A DNA stretch of 64,000 nt from Lama glama (Eukaryota), in NCBI GenBank assembly GCA_028534125.1, contig CM052818.1, forward strand, positions 23,810,001 to 23,874,000, read 5' to 3'. The notes beneath the pieces are model-generated. The model did no database searches and was not told the DNA's origin. It worked only from the letters and a program-made list of their open reading frames with translations. Position numbers and translations under genes: made by a program. The number at the start of each line of letters is the position of its first letter. The stretch's first letter is position 1. Positions 37,370-49,400 of this stretch are shown piece after piece.

Positions 37370-38840
37370 TCATCACTATCTCAGTTGTGATCTCCTCCCT
37401 GCCCCCCAAACCTATTCAAGTCTTTCTTTTCTTGGTAAATGGTATCATCCGCACCCACCTGTTGCCTAAGCCGGAAATTAGCAATGTTCCCAGCCACCTC
37501 TTCTGGTTTTACCACTCCCGGTTGGTTAAGTCCTATCTAGCCCACCTTCTGAGTAAGTTTAAAATATGTCCACCTCTTTCTACACCCACTCTCACCGCCT
37601 GGTTCAAGTCTCAGTGCCCGACAACAACCTTTTAACTTCCTTCCCTACAGCCATTCTTGTTCCCCTTCAGTACACTCTCCCCGGGGCAGAAAGAGTCCTA
37701 CCGTATTTTGTTTGTAAAATATTGCCTTAACCGTGTCCTTTGAATCATGTCTTCTTGAAACTAGTCCTTCAAGGGCTTCCCATGGCCTTAGGATGAAGTG
37801 TAAAATTCTTAGCCTGAGCTACAGGCTCTGTAAAGCCTAGTGTCTCCTCTTTCAGCCTCAACTCATAACTCCCCTTCTCCTATTGTCTTCACAGTCACAT
37901 CAGTCTTCTTCCATTTTCTGTCGTGTGATCTCTCCTGCCTGAGGACATGTATACATGTTCGGCGTGTCTGGATTTATTCTAATCTTTCTCCCTTCACTTA
38001 TTACGTGGTGATAAATCTGTTCACCCTTCATCTCTTAGCATCATGTCATATTATCAGGAGAGGGTTTTCTCATGCCCTAGATGAGAAAAGATAAATACAG
38101 TTATATTAAACTATACCCACAAATTACGCAATATTTCTCTTTTCAAAAGGCGGAGCCTAATTATACCCCTTCCCCCTTGAGAGTGGGCTGAACTTGGTGA
38201 CTCATTTCTCAAAAATAGAATGTGGTGGAAATGACATTATGAGTAATGAGTAACTCATGAGACTAGATCATAAAAAAATATTGTGGCTTCCTTATTGTTA
38301 TGTCTCTTGGATCATTCATTCTAAGGGAAGCCAGCTGCCATATCATGAGAATGTTCAAGAAGCCCCACAGAGACAGTGTGGTGAAGAACTGAGGCCTCTT
38401 GCCAGTAGCTATGTGCGTAAGCCATTTTTAAAGCAGATCCTTCAATCCCAGAGCCTGCAATCTCATGAGACATCCTGAGCCCATATCAAACAGCTGGGCC
38501 ATTCTCAAATTTCACTGTGAGATCATAAATACTTGTGTTTTAAGCTGATATATTTTGGAGTAATTTGCTACGTGGCATAGATAACTATCACAGATAACTA
38601 TTCCTAACACGTGTTATTAGGCATATTCAAAGTATGTTCATAATGTGTACATTTTACAATTATAATTAAATTATTTTATAACTTTTTAGTAAATGGCTCC
38701 CTTGCTTGATAGTGAACTACATGAAGGTAGGAACTATATACATTTTTGCTTATCATTTTATCCCTCTTCACTCCTTCCCAAGACAGAGCCTACAAAAACA
38801 TGGTACTAATAAATATTTCTTAACTGTATTAATATATCTG
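37370..38840 (+). mobile_element. L2 3' region interrupted by an MLT1 LTR
   Basis: TTGGTAAATGGTATCATCC..GGCTTCCCATGGCCTTAGGATGAAG..; the tail resumes at about 38690 (CATGAAGGTAGGAAC..AATAAATATTT). Confidence 0.7.
38096..38592 (+). mobile_element. MaLR solo LTR (MLT1F-like)
   Basis: CCCCCTTGAGAGTGGGCTG..GGAAGCCAGCTGCCAT..GAACTGAGGCCTCTTGCC..TTTTAAGC..TAGATAACTATCACA. Confidence 0.85.
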
Positions 38841-39589
38841 AATGCTATGCTATGCTAATGCTGCAGAGAGAGACAAACTTCTGGTTGTTTAATGAGTGCT
38901 ATTTAAATGATTGATTTATTCATTATGCAAAATTAGAAAAATAGATATACTTATGACAGAATGATTAAAAATTCTCCTTTAATGGTGCCTTCTGGTAATG
39001 AGATAAACCAGTACATCCTTATGAATGTCTCAGAAATGATCCTTTCAGCAATAAATAGAAGCATCAAAACTGAGTTTTAAAAAAATTACATTTAGAATAA
39101 CAAGAGCATTTAAGGAATAAGTAGTTGTTCTGATGAATTGCAGTGTGAAACGTTCTACTTGAAGTAATATTTCAGGACGCTTGGTCCTTCAGCCACTGAC
39201 CCAACAAATTCATTTAAAAAAAACAATCCCTAGGTGTTGTGTTCTATTACATTTGAAAATTCCGTAATGTACTTTGAAGATGGAAAGTCAGTCTGAAGCA
39301 TTATAACTCTTTTCGATTAACTTAAACTAAGAAGATCTCATCATTTAAAAAATTATATTCAAGATTGTCTTTATAAACTTTCTAATAGTAATTTTTCTTC
39401 CAGAATGTTGGAGCCCCTTTGCTGAAACATTAAATCCAATTATTGTACTTTTTCCTTGTCAATGTCATTATTGATTGACCTGTTCCAAAATATTGCCCTG
39501 TATTCCAGAGGAGCTTTGGCACCTGGTTCATTGTATTTCTCTCACTCTCATTCACTCTCATCATCCCAGGTGAGTTTAAATTCCCCTTC

Positions 39590-39902
39590 GTCCATTCACT
39601 CATTCAATAAATATTTACGGCACTTCTAGTTTGTGCCATAGTACAGGATTAAGAACTAGGATTATATCATCGATGGGGCTTCTAACCTCATGGGAGAAAT
39701 TGTCCTTGAACAACTAAGTATTTTTTTGAACTCTGATAAGTACATGCTACTAAAGAGAATAAGATTCTGTAGGGTATATAGAGGAGAACAAACCTATCCT
39801 AGAATGTTGGTTAGGATAAAATGTAAAAATGGGTATAATGAAGATCTGCATGAAGAAGGAAGATTTTTTCAGGAAAGCATTTCTGAAAAAGTTACATTGA
39901 GC
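39590..39902 (-). mobile_element. L2 3' end
   Basis: CATTCACTCATTCAATAAATATTTA..TTCAGGAAAGCATTTCTGAAAAAGTTACATTGAG. Confidence 0.65.
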
Positions 39903-40305
39903 CAAGGTTCCTCTACCTCAGCTCTGTTTATAATTTGAGGTGACCATTCTTCTACGATTGTGGGGGCTACCTTGTGCATTGTTGAATCTTTAGCAGCATC
40001 CCTGGTCTCCACCCACTAGATGCCAATAGCATTCCTTCCCATAGCGTTATGACCAAAACTGCCAAATGCCCTCTGGTGCAGGGCTGTCAGATTTAGCAAA
40101 TAAACGTAGAGGAAGCCCAGTTAAATTTGAATTTCAGATAAACAACAAGTTTTTTAGTATAAATACGTCACAAATATTTCATGGGACATACTTATGTTTT
40201 TAAAGTTATTTACTGCTTATCTGATGCTCAAATTTAACTGGATATCCTATATTTAAATTGGCAATCCAACCTGGGGGGATGAAATTACTAGTTGCGAACC
40301 ACTCC
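39903..40305 (-). mobile_element. MER20 hAT-Charlie element, interrupted by MER53
   Basis: TGTGCATTGTTGAATCTTTAGCAGCATCCCTGGTCTCCACCCACTAGATGCCAATAGCA..GCCAAATG; resumes as CCTGGGGGG..GTTGCGAACCACT. Confidence 0.88.
40079..40269. mobile_element. MER53 palindromic hAT MITE
   Basis: AGGGCTGTCAGATTTAGCAAATAAA..CCAGTTAAATTTGAATTTCAGATAAACAAC mirrored by TTATCTGATGCTCAAATTTAACTGG..TGGCAATCC. Confidence 0.9.
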
Positions 40306-40880
40306 ATTAAGAACTTATCGATGAGTCCTCAGCCCTTCAGTCTTTGAGACCATTGAGCTTCTAAACATCTCTTAATTTTATATTATGTTCACTTTATCAA
40401 CTCAGGATATTCTCAATCTCAGGAGTTTATGGACTATGAATAAACTAAGATTCTTAATAAAGCTCAATACAGTACGATCATGTTCTATTTCTTTTGCCTT
40501 CTTTTCTCGCTATATTTACACTGGAAATGAAAAATTCTTCTAAATTCCAAGTAGTTTGAAATTCTTATGAACTATTCTCTGTTTAGGTGAACTCATTCAC
40601 AAAAAAATTAAAACTTTAAAATGCTAATGATTTACAAACATCCATCACTTACCTCCTCAATTCCAGATTGAAACTTGTAACTCACCACTGAATAGCCTAT
40701 CTCACTGTAACTTCAAATTCAGTTACCTAAATTAACTTCAGTACCTTGATCTCAATTAGGTCCAAATTCTGTACTCACTAGCTTAATTAAAGGGACCATT
40801 ACCTTTTCTGGAAGGCAAAGCTTCCAAAACTTTTGAAGCTATTTTAATTTTTTTCTTTTCCTCCTTCTATTTCTGCAGCC

Positions 40881-41450
40881 TAGTGGTAGACAGAATTCTA
40901 AGATGGACTCAAGACTGCTTTCCCTCATATACACCCACATTCTCTAAGTTACTCAAACACAAATTAGGCGCTGCTATGAAAGGATTTGACAGTTGTGATA
41001 ATGCAGCCAATCGGCTGACCTTAAAATAGGGAGATTGCCCTAATCAGGTGAGTTCATAAAAGAAACGACCAGTTCTTGAAAGAACAATTCAAAATGAGAG
41101 AGATTCGACATGAGGGAGATTCTTCACTGCTGGGTTTGGAGATGGATGGGCCATGAAGCAAGGGATACTGGCAGCCTCCCGGAGCTGAGAGCAGCCTTTG
41201 GCTGGCGGGAGCAAGGAAACAGGAACCTCAGTCCTACGACCACAAGAAATTAGATTCCCCCACAAGCCCTCTACGGTCCAGATGAGAAAACAACCCAGCC
41301 ATGATCTCGATCCTAGCCTTGCAGATTCTGAGCAGAGAACCCAATAAACTATACCTGTACTTCCGGCCTACAGGACTGTGAATACGTAGGTATTGTTTTA
41401 AGTTGTGAATTTTGTGGTCATTTTCCACACGTCAACAGAAAACTAATAAA
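40881..41450 (+). mobile_element. MaLR solo LTR (MLT1E-like), within decayed L2 sequence
   Basis: GTGGTAGACAGAATTCTAAGATGG..GACCTTAAAATAGGGAGATT..GCAAGGAAACAGGAACCTCAGTCCTAC..AGAAAACTAATA. Confidence 0.85.
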
Positions 41451-41914
41451 GGCTATTCTTGAGAGAGGCATTATTTCTGCCACTACTGGCTCTACAGTGT
41501 GTCACCATGAGGTATGACTCTTCCCACTTTTGCCACAAATTACCATTCAAGACCTTATCTCTTATGTGATAACTAAAAGCCTAGAATGGCCTTCCCATAC
41601 ATTCTAACCTGTTAAAATATCTGCTCATCTTACAGTGGTCCCAGATAATTATAGGGAGCTCAGTCCCTCCTCCTTTTCTCAGAGAGCTTTTAAATCGCTT
41701 TTATGTCATCTTAAGGCACTTATCCTGATGACCTTGCAGCATAGCCAACTGTATGCACCCATTCCTACATTAATCTTTCAATGACTTTAGGTTAGAGACT
41801 GAGTACCTGGAGGGAGACCCCAACAATGAATTCATCTTCTAACTATGGGATTCCCAGCTCTCCATATGCCACACCATTGTCTTGTTCATTATGTCCAGTT
41901 CAACATAATGAAAT

Positions 41915-42100
41915 GGACACAGAACTTGGAGTTATGCCTTCTTAAGTGGCTGACTCATCTACTTGGCAGTTTTGTGATCTAGGGCAGGTCACTTGGTGTT
42001 TATCAGCTTTAGTTTCCTCTTCTCTAGTTAGGGGGAAAAAAACAAATATGAGATAACTTTTGGGAAAAACCTTTGATAAAATGAGTTAACCAGATAGATA
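41915..42100 (+). mobile_element. MIR SINE
   Basis: TGTGATCTAGGGCAGGTCACTT..CTTTAGTTTCCTC. Confidence 0.6.
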
Positions 42101-44749
42101 TTAGTATTTTGATAAAAAAGCATTTTGTCATTTAAGCATATAGTTTAGTTTTCACAAGAGAACTGATAAAAGTTGCTGGGCCTCATCAGCAGAGTTGGAA
42201 TAAGGTACAATGGAGAGAGATTAGCAACTATACGGTAGAGATAATTCCAAGAGTAGATGCAGTGCTATCTGTTGATACCTCAATTTTAAAAGTTATGTTT
42301 AACTCAAAATTAGATGATGCTTCCATCCCTCACCACTGTCAATTTCATCTAGACAGTTTGTATTCCAAGTATTTGCTACTGAAAAATCTGTATCCTGCTT
42401 ATCAAGACATTAGCTAGCCAGTCCATTCTTTGGCCTAACATAAAATCTGAGTCCATCATACATCGCTGAAAGAAAAAATGCCAACATTTTCAGATAAAAT
42501 GACTCATGGGGAGAGAGCACAGGCTATTCAATTATTCAGTTTTTAAAATAAAATAAAATTGAATACAATTAAAACAATTTCTATTTTTGGCATATTAGCA
42601 TTGTTATGTTGATTTTAATACAGATCCAAATGTTGAGTTTTTCCCTCAGCCATTCTTTACTCTAGAGATAACTAATTTTCCACTTTACCTATGAGGATCA
42701 TATTTATTAGTACGTCATCAAGCACCAGAGATCATTATTACGTATTTCTCAAACCTAAACCAAATGCAGGAACGAATAGGAATTAAATTCATTATGCCAT
42801 TCTACTCTTGCTTAAAAATTCTTATAGGAGGTTGCCTTTCATTCCCCTTTATCTGAAAGCATTGAAATGTTTTTTCATTCATCTAAAAAGGCTCTGACAA
42901 CTTCACAGTCCATTCCAGCTTATCAACAGGGAGTCCACTTCTAAGAAACAATTTCACTTTTCTATTAGCCAATTTTTTTCTGTTCTTTGGAGAACAACCT
43001 TTATCTTTCTGAACTCTGTCAACTTATAGAAACATTAGGTGCCGTCACTGAAAAATGGGACCCATCTAAAAAACGTAAGTGAAACTGTCACATATTAATA
43101 TGACCTTAGGCCCTGAGCTATACAAATTCCAAGATACTTCTAGAAACATTTTGAAATAACTTTACAAATATAGTCTTCAAAATAGTCCTAGGAGATAAAG
43201 TAGCAAAAGTTTTTGCCTAAATCTACGTTGCTGGTTGAAATAATAAAATAGACTATCCAAGGATGTTATTTGAAAAGCCCTACAGACTACAGTATAGGAG
43301 ACTTTCCATATTAGTATAAAAAAGCCACACAAAATTTTGATATATTAGTAACTTATCCAAAACTTTCTGGTGGTATATAGAGTACCTAAGTCTTCAGTGT
43401 TTCTGTGAAATCTGTGTCCCTTTGGAGAGCCTTTGGATTTGTCTCACCCCAACACAATCTAGACCTTGAAATTCATCATATTCTAAGGAACAAATATCTC
43501 CTGAACCATGTTGACTTTACTAAATGCTTCATAGAACAAAAACAGATGTTTATGTTGTACACTAAACAGCAAATGATTTAATTGACAATATAAAACTGCT
43601 TCTTTGTATTTCCCATATACATGACCCCAACATCAACTGTTCGTGTCTGCTAGTCCTTCCCTTCTTTTTTCTGAAAGGAAGGCATCTCTTCCCTTTTTAA
43701 CCCAAAAGAACTCGACCAGGTTCTCATAATCCAAGGTTCCAGCAGACTCCATGCTTCTTAGCCTCTTTATAGAATTATCAAAGCATTCACCAAACAAATT
43801 AGGACATCTAGGCAAGACTGGAAATTTTTAGTAACAATTAAATTTAAAAAATGACTTTCTATGTTAAAGTGCACACTTGGTTTTGCCATTACAGAGCATC
43901 CATAAGATCAAGTAGATTTATTCTTCAGCTTACTATACCATCCAAAAGCCATAGACAATTTAGATAACCATTTTCCATAAAATTCAAGTGAACTGTTTCA
44001 TAGTACTGTATACAAATAAGCCTGTGTTCTGGTTACAGCAAACTTATACACATGGAAGCCTTAATGTTTTGAAGATACATAACCAACTAAGAAGTCCATC
44101 TAAATATTTATTTTGTTAATTTGGAATTCAACTTTGTTTCTCAGTAAGGGTAAAGCAAATCATTATTCTGGTAGACTAGGAATGCAATCATTCAAACTGA
44201 CTGCAAAATAAAATAATGATGAGGTGGGGTTGTATCTTTTCAACTTCTTACCCACACCCTTATCTTCTACGCTACAGTCACCATTCATCATCAACTTCCT
44301 CATTAACTATATACTCTGTACGGGATGACCGATGGTGAAGAAGCCATAGTCCTGGTACTTAAAGATTACTCAGGCTTAAAAAGGGGATCAGCATATACAA
44401 CTCAAGTTATCTTGGATGCAAATATATGTGAAATCATTTACATAAAAACATATTAATTCAAACATCACACAGACAGGAATAGATTCTAAATTATCTTCTC
44501 TATTTTTTTTTACACAGGCAATCTTATTCAGTCTGATGACTTTAATAAAAGCTATAAACTAATAACTATCATATAAATGTCTGAATCACCAAATCTATCT
44601 AGTGGTTTGTCATGAAAATACCAGTTGATAATGGAGAACAGAGGAAAAAGAAAGATGGATGAATCAAAAGAAATTTGAGAGAGAAAAAAAAGATAAAATA
44701 GACATAGGTAAGAATAAGCATGGGAGAACAATCATTTCAGACAAAGATG

Positions 44750-47585
44750 GAGCAATAGAGAGAATATTAACTTTCTTGTCTGAAATAACCAAAAATCATG
44801 ACAATATATAAAATGAGACACTGGACATTAGATAATGAAGTTCAGTAATTCCAGATAGATGGTGGGAAACAAGTAAAGTGAGGCTTACAAAGGCACAAAC
44901 TTCCTGCTTTGAGAGTGTTTCTTAGTTACAGTATAAGAAAAAGGTAGCTTTCAGACACTATGAGTTGAAAAGAGAGCTGAGAATAAAAGGAGACAAATGT
45001 AACTGGAATTTGCAGGACAGAAAATCAGAGAAGAGAGCGCTACCTGAAGGGTAAGAACACTAGTCATCTACAGAGGTCCCCCTCAAATATTCAGCAGTGC
45101 GCTCATCTGCACATGGACACGAAAAAACTACCGAATGTCAGGAAGAGTTTGAAAAGATTAGGGGGAAGATGTCTGATGCTGCATAGAGCTGGGAATAGTG
45201 CCTGCTCCCATCAGCCAGAAGAGAAAATCTTATAAATCGTGGCACTCAGGCAGAGAATTCAAAAGATCTAGCTTCAGAGTAATTAGCTCTTGGCCAGTGC
45301 TTCTCAAACAGAGATGATTTTGACCCCTGGGAGACATTTGGAAATGTCTAGAGAAATATTTGGTTGTCAAACTAGAGGGGGAGGGCAGTCTGTCAACAGA
45401 TAAGCAAAGTTCAGGGGTGCCGTTCAACATCTCGTAAGCTCAGGAGAGCGTCCCACAACAGGCAATTATCTAGCTCCAAATACCCACGATGCCAAAGTGG
45501 AACAGCTCTACCCTAGAATAAGACAACTCTGGTCTCATCTAACACAACCTAAAAGCATGATTCAGAAGGATCATTCTCTTTCCAAGTAGCTTAACTGAGT
45601 CCCAAAACTAAGTCCAAAATATTTACATGAACATAAGAATATCCAGCACTCACAAGGTAATATTCACAGTTGCTGGCATTAAATAAAAATTGCCACATAC
45701 ATAAAAAGGGAGGAAACACTGACTAACAAAGACAAGAAAAAAACAATTAAAATCAACTCTGATCTAACAAAGATGTTAGAATTAACAAACTAATACTTTG
45801 GAGTAGTAATTATAATTCCTTCTGTTTGTTCAAAAAGTTAAGTAGAGAAATGGAATATTTTAAAATACACACAAATCAAACTTTTAGAGAAGAAAAACAC
45901 ACACAAATAAAGCTTCCAGAGATGAAAACTATAGTAGGTGAGATTAAAAAATACTTGATGGGATAAATGCAAAGTTAGATACTGCAGTAGAAAAAGTGAT
46001 CTTGAATGTATAACAATAAACCAAATGAAAGAGAAAAAAGATTTTTTAAAGAAAAAGAATGAACTGTGAACAATTTTGAGCAGCTACAGATGCATGTAAT
46101 AGAAGTAGTATTTTTTCATTCCATACATAAAAAAATTATATATAGAGAAGAATCATTAAAATGTTACAACTAAAGCAGCCTAATGAAGATGTATTTGGAG
46201 GCTCTGAAGGAGAGGAACACACGAGGTAGAAACAGAAAAATGTGTGAAGAATTAATAGCCAAAATCTTTCCAAATATAATAAAAACTGTAAGTTCATAGA
46301 TCTAAAAAGTTCAAGACCCAGAAACATGAGGAAAACAGTAAGACACATCATAATCAAATTGCCTAAAATCAATGGTAAAGAGAAAACCTTAAAATCATCC
46401 AGAGAAGTAAGGGACGAAAGACATGATTTCAAGTGCTGACAGCACAGCAAGCTTGTCCACCTGGAATTCTATTATCAGCCAAAGTATCTTTCTTTGTGAT
46501 CTTGTATTAGGGAAATATTGGATTAGTAATAATTTTGAAAGCATAATACATAAAAGAACAAAATTATAGATTCAACATCAAAATTTGAAACTCCTACTCT
46601 TTGAAAGACAGTATTTAGGGAATGAAAAGAAAAGCCACATACTGAGAGAAAATAATTGCAAATCGAACATTTGATAAAGAATTTGTATCTACTTAAAAAC
46701 TCTCAAAATTCAATAATAAAAATAAATAAAGCCAAAAGATTTGAAGTGATACTTCTTCAGGAACATATATGGATAGCAGATAAGCACATGGAAAGACGTT
46801 CAGTTTCATCAGTCACTAGGATAACGCAAATTAAAAGTATGACACACGGCTATCCACCTGGTAGAATGGCTGAAACTAAAAAAAAGATTTACCCTATTCA
46901 ATGTTGTGAGGATTTGGAGGAACTGAAACTCTGATACACTACTAGTGGGAGTGTACAAAGGCACAGTCATTTTGGAAAACAATGTAGCCATTCTTAAAAT
47001 ATTGAACACATACTTGCCAATAGACGGCCATTCCACTCCTAGGTGGAATTTACCCAAGACAAATGAAAGCATATGCTCAATGGTTACAGCAGATTTATTT
47101 GTAATAACCAATAACTGGAAACAACCCAAATATCAACAGGTAAATGATAAATGAAATACGGTATGTTCATACAGTGCAGTACTCGTTAGCAGTAAAAATG
47201 AATACATTTCTGAAAAATTCATGAGTGAATCTCAAAATTACTATATACTATCAAAACATGATAGCCATTATATTATATTATGAAATCAGACCCCCCCCCA
47301 AATAGTATATACTCTATGCTTCCTCTCACCTATGTAAAACTCTAAAAAAATGAGAGCATATAGTAACAAAGTAGAACAGTGGTTGCCTGAGGGTCAGGCA
47401 GTGAGAAGGGGGGGAGGGACATCGAGGTGAGATTAACAAGTGGCACAAAGGCACTTCGGGGAGTTCGGGTATGTTCATTAACTTCTTTTTGGTGAGACTT
47501 TCATAGGTGTACACATACATCAAAATACACTTTAAGTATGGCTTACTATAAGTAAGTTATACCTCAATAAAGCTGTCTTAAAACA
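44750..47585 (+). mobile_element. Old LINE-1 (L1MD/L1ME-like): 5'UTR/ORF1 joined to ORF2 C-terminus and 3'UTR
   Basis: ORF1-like AGACACATCATAATCAAATTGCCTAAAA..GAGAAAACCTTAAAA, then ORF2 3' motifs (GATAAGCACATGGAAAGACGTTCAG, AACTGGAAACAACCCAAATATC) and the tail ACCTCAATAAAGCTG. Confidence 0.8.
45296..45510 (+). mobile_element. MER20 nested in the old L1
   Basis: CAGTGCTTCTCAAAC..GATTTTGACCCCTGGGAGACATTTGGAAATGTCTAGAG..CCCACAAC..ATTATCTAGCTCCAAA. Confidence 0.85.
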
Positions 47586-48698
47586 AAATAGATACGCAAA
47601 TACGGAGCAGAGTGGGTGATCAGTAGAACTGGTATGTGCCTTGGTGATCTACAAATTTTAAGCTTGTGTTTAGGAACAGTGATAGCAAGAGTGTCAGTTC
47701 GAGAGGGACAAGGAAGACTTTTGTGGACAGTCTACCAAAAGGCAGTACTGGTGATTTAAAAAATATGTTTAATTTACTTAATTTTAAATTTTTCTATTTT
47801 TCTGTTTCTTCATTCTTCCCAGTGCTTTTATTTGCCTTTTCTTCATCAAAACTAACTTTGGTTTCTTAGGGAGTAAGAAGAGTCTGTTTCGCAAAAGATG
47901 TTCCCTTGTTTTGAAACATGAACATATGGAATTAGTGGAAAGGGTCATTTTGCTTATTTCTGGGAAAAGAAAAAAATGTCTCAACTTCCTTCCAGCAGTT
48001 AGTTCTCACTATAATGAGCAATCTTCCAAAGCCCTTTAAACTTCCTGAACTAAGCTTAATCCTTCTGTAAGAATGAATTATTTAAGCCAATATGTTCCTC
48101 TTACTGTTTCAAGAAGTTTCTAATTCATAGAAAATGAATATTTTCTGATTATTTCCCCTGGGATATCTTAGTTCTGTTATTATGTCATCTTTTCATGATT
48201 TTCATGTAGAAAGTATGAACATTATTTGAAATAGAAAGACTAGTAAATCTGAAAGTAAGACTAAAGCTGTTTGTACTGGAGTAGGCACATCTCACCTGCT
48301 CTGGGGTCCTCCTCCTGGCAATAAATTCTGGCACCCTTGACTTAAATTTCTGAAACTCTGTAGTTTGAAACCTCATTCTGACCCATCTGTTGATGAGTTG
48401 GATGTCTTCATTTCATGTTTACTCACTTCATTTAGTTGTTGGTTTACTCAGGGTCAATGGAGAACCCATTATGCCCAAAATATTATAATAAGAATCACAG
48501 ACAGTTAAAAGGTGGACGTTCCAGTGCTTGTCTTCAGGGAGCTTATGGTTTGGTTTGTTTATGTAAGACAAATGGTAAAGAAACAAAGCAAGCACATTAA
48601 ATTACCACCCAAAATAGTTACACAGTTTAAAAAAAAAAAAGAAATGGAAATAAAAAAGGATGGAAGACATTCACAAAGTGAACTTATGGTATAGTTAG

Positions 48699-49214
48699 TG
48701 TGGTAGCTAGCCTTCAAGATGGCTTCCAGTGATCACCTTCTCCTATTTTTATACTCTTTTGTACCACCCTCCCCACTACATTGGATAGGACTGATCTATG
48801 TGATGAATAGGATATTGCAAAAATAACTGAGATTAGGCCAGAAAAAGCATGTGGCGTTTGTCCTTGGAGCATTCGTTGGCAGAAAGCCAGCTGCCATGCT
48901 GTGAAGACATCTAAGTAGCCCTATACAGTGGTTCATACAGCAAGTGACTAAGACCTCCAGACAAGAGCCAGTGCCCACTCGACACCACGTTAGTGAGCCG
49001 TCTTACAAGTAGATGCCAGCATTAGCTAAGCCTTCAGACAAGTGCAGTTACTGCCAACATCAAGACTGCAAACTCATGGGAGGCTCTGAACCAGGGCTAC
49101 CCAGCTAAACCACTCCCAAATGCCTAACCCTAGAAACTGTTTGAGATATTAAAAGTTTAGTGCTGTTTTTAAGCCACCTGGGTATAATTAGTAATACAGC
49201 AATTGATACTTAAT
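48699..49214 (+). mobile_element. MaLR solo LTR (MLT1F-like)
   Basis: TGTGGTAGCTAGCCTTCAAGATGGCTTCCAGTGATC..AAGCCAGCTGCCATGCTGTGA..CCCAGCTAAACCACTCCCAAAT..TTTTAAGCCAC. Confidence 0.85.
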
Positions 49215-49219
49215 GGAAT

Positions 49220-49400
49220 TAGACATAGCTTGGAATCATAGTTGGTTCTATTATCTGTTACTGTAGTCAAGTCATTAACCTGTCTAAGCCTTATTTTACT
49301 CAACTGTGAAATAGCAGTGTTACCCAACTTTGGATACTTTATTCTGTCCTTGTGATAAATAAAGATTTTTGAAAATAAGAATTCTGTAAAACTTAGGATA
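49220..49400 (+). mobile_element. MIR SINE
   Basis: CAAGTCATTAACCTGTCTAAGCCTTATTTTACTCAACTGTGAAAT. Confidence 0.6.

Noticed and set aside
39404..39569. Plus-strand acceptor/donor pair (TTCTTCCAG..CAG|GTGAGT)
   Set aside because: Stops in all frames, isolated, and expected by chance in 64 kb.
43633..43815. 60-aa minus-strand ORF
   Set aside because: No homology I recognise and no convincing splice or Kozak context.
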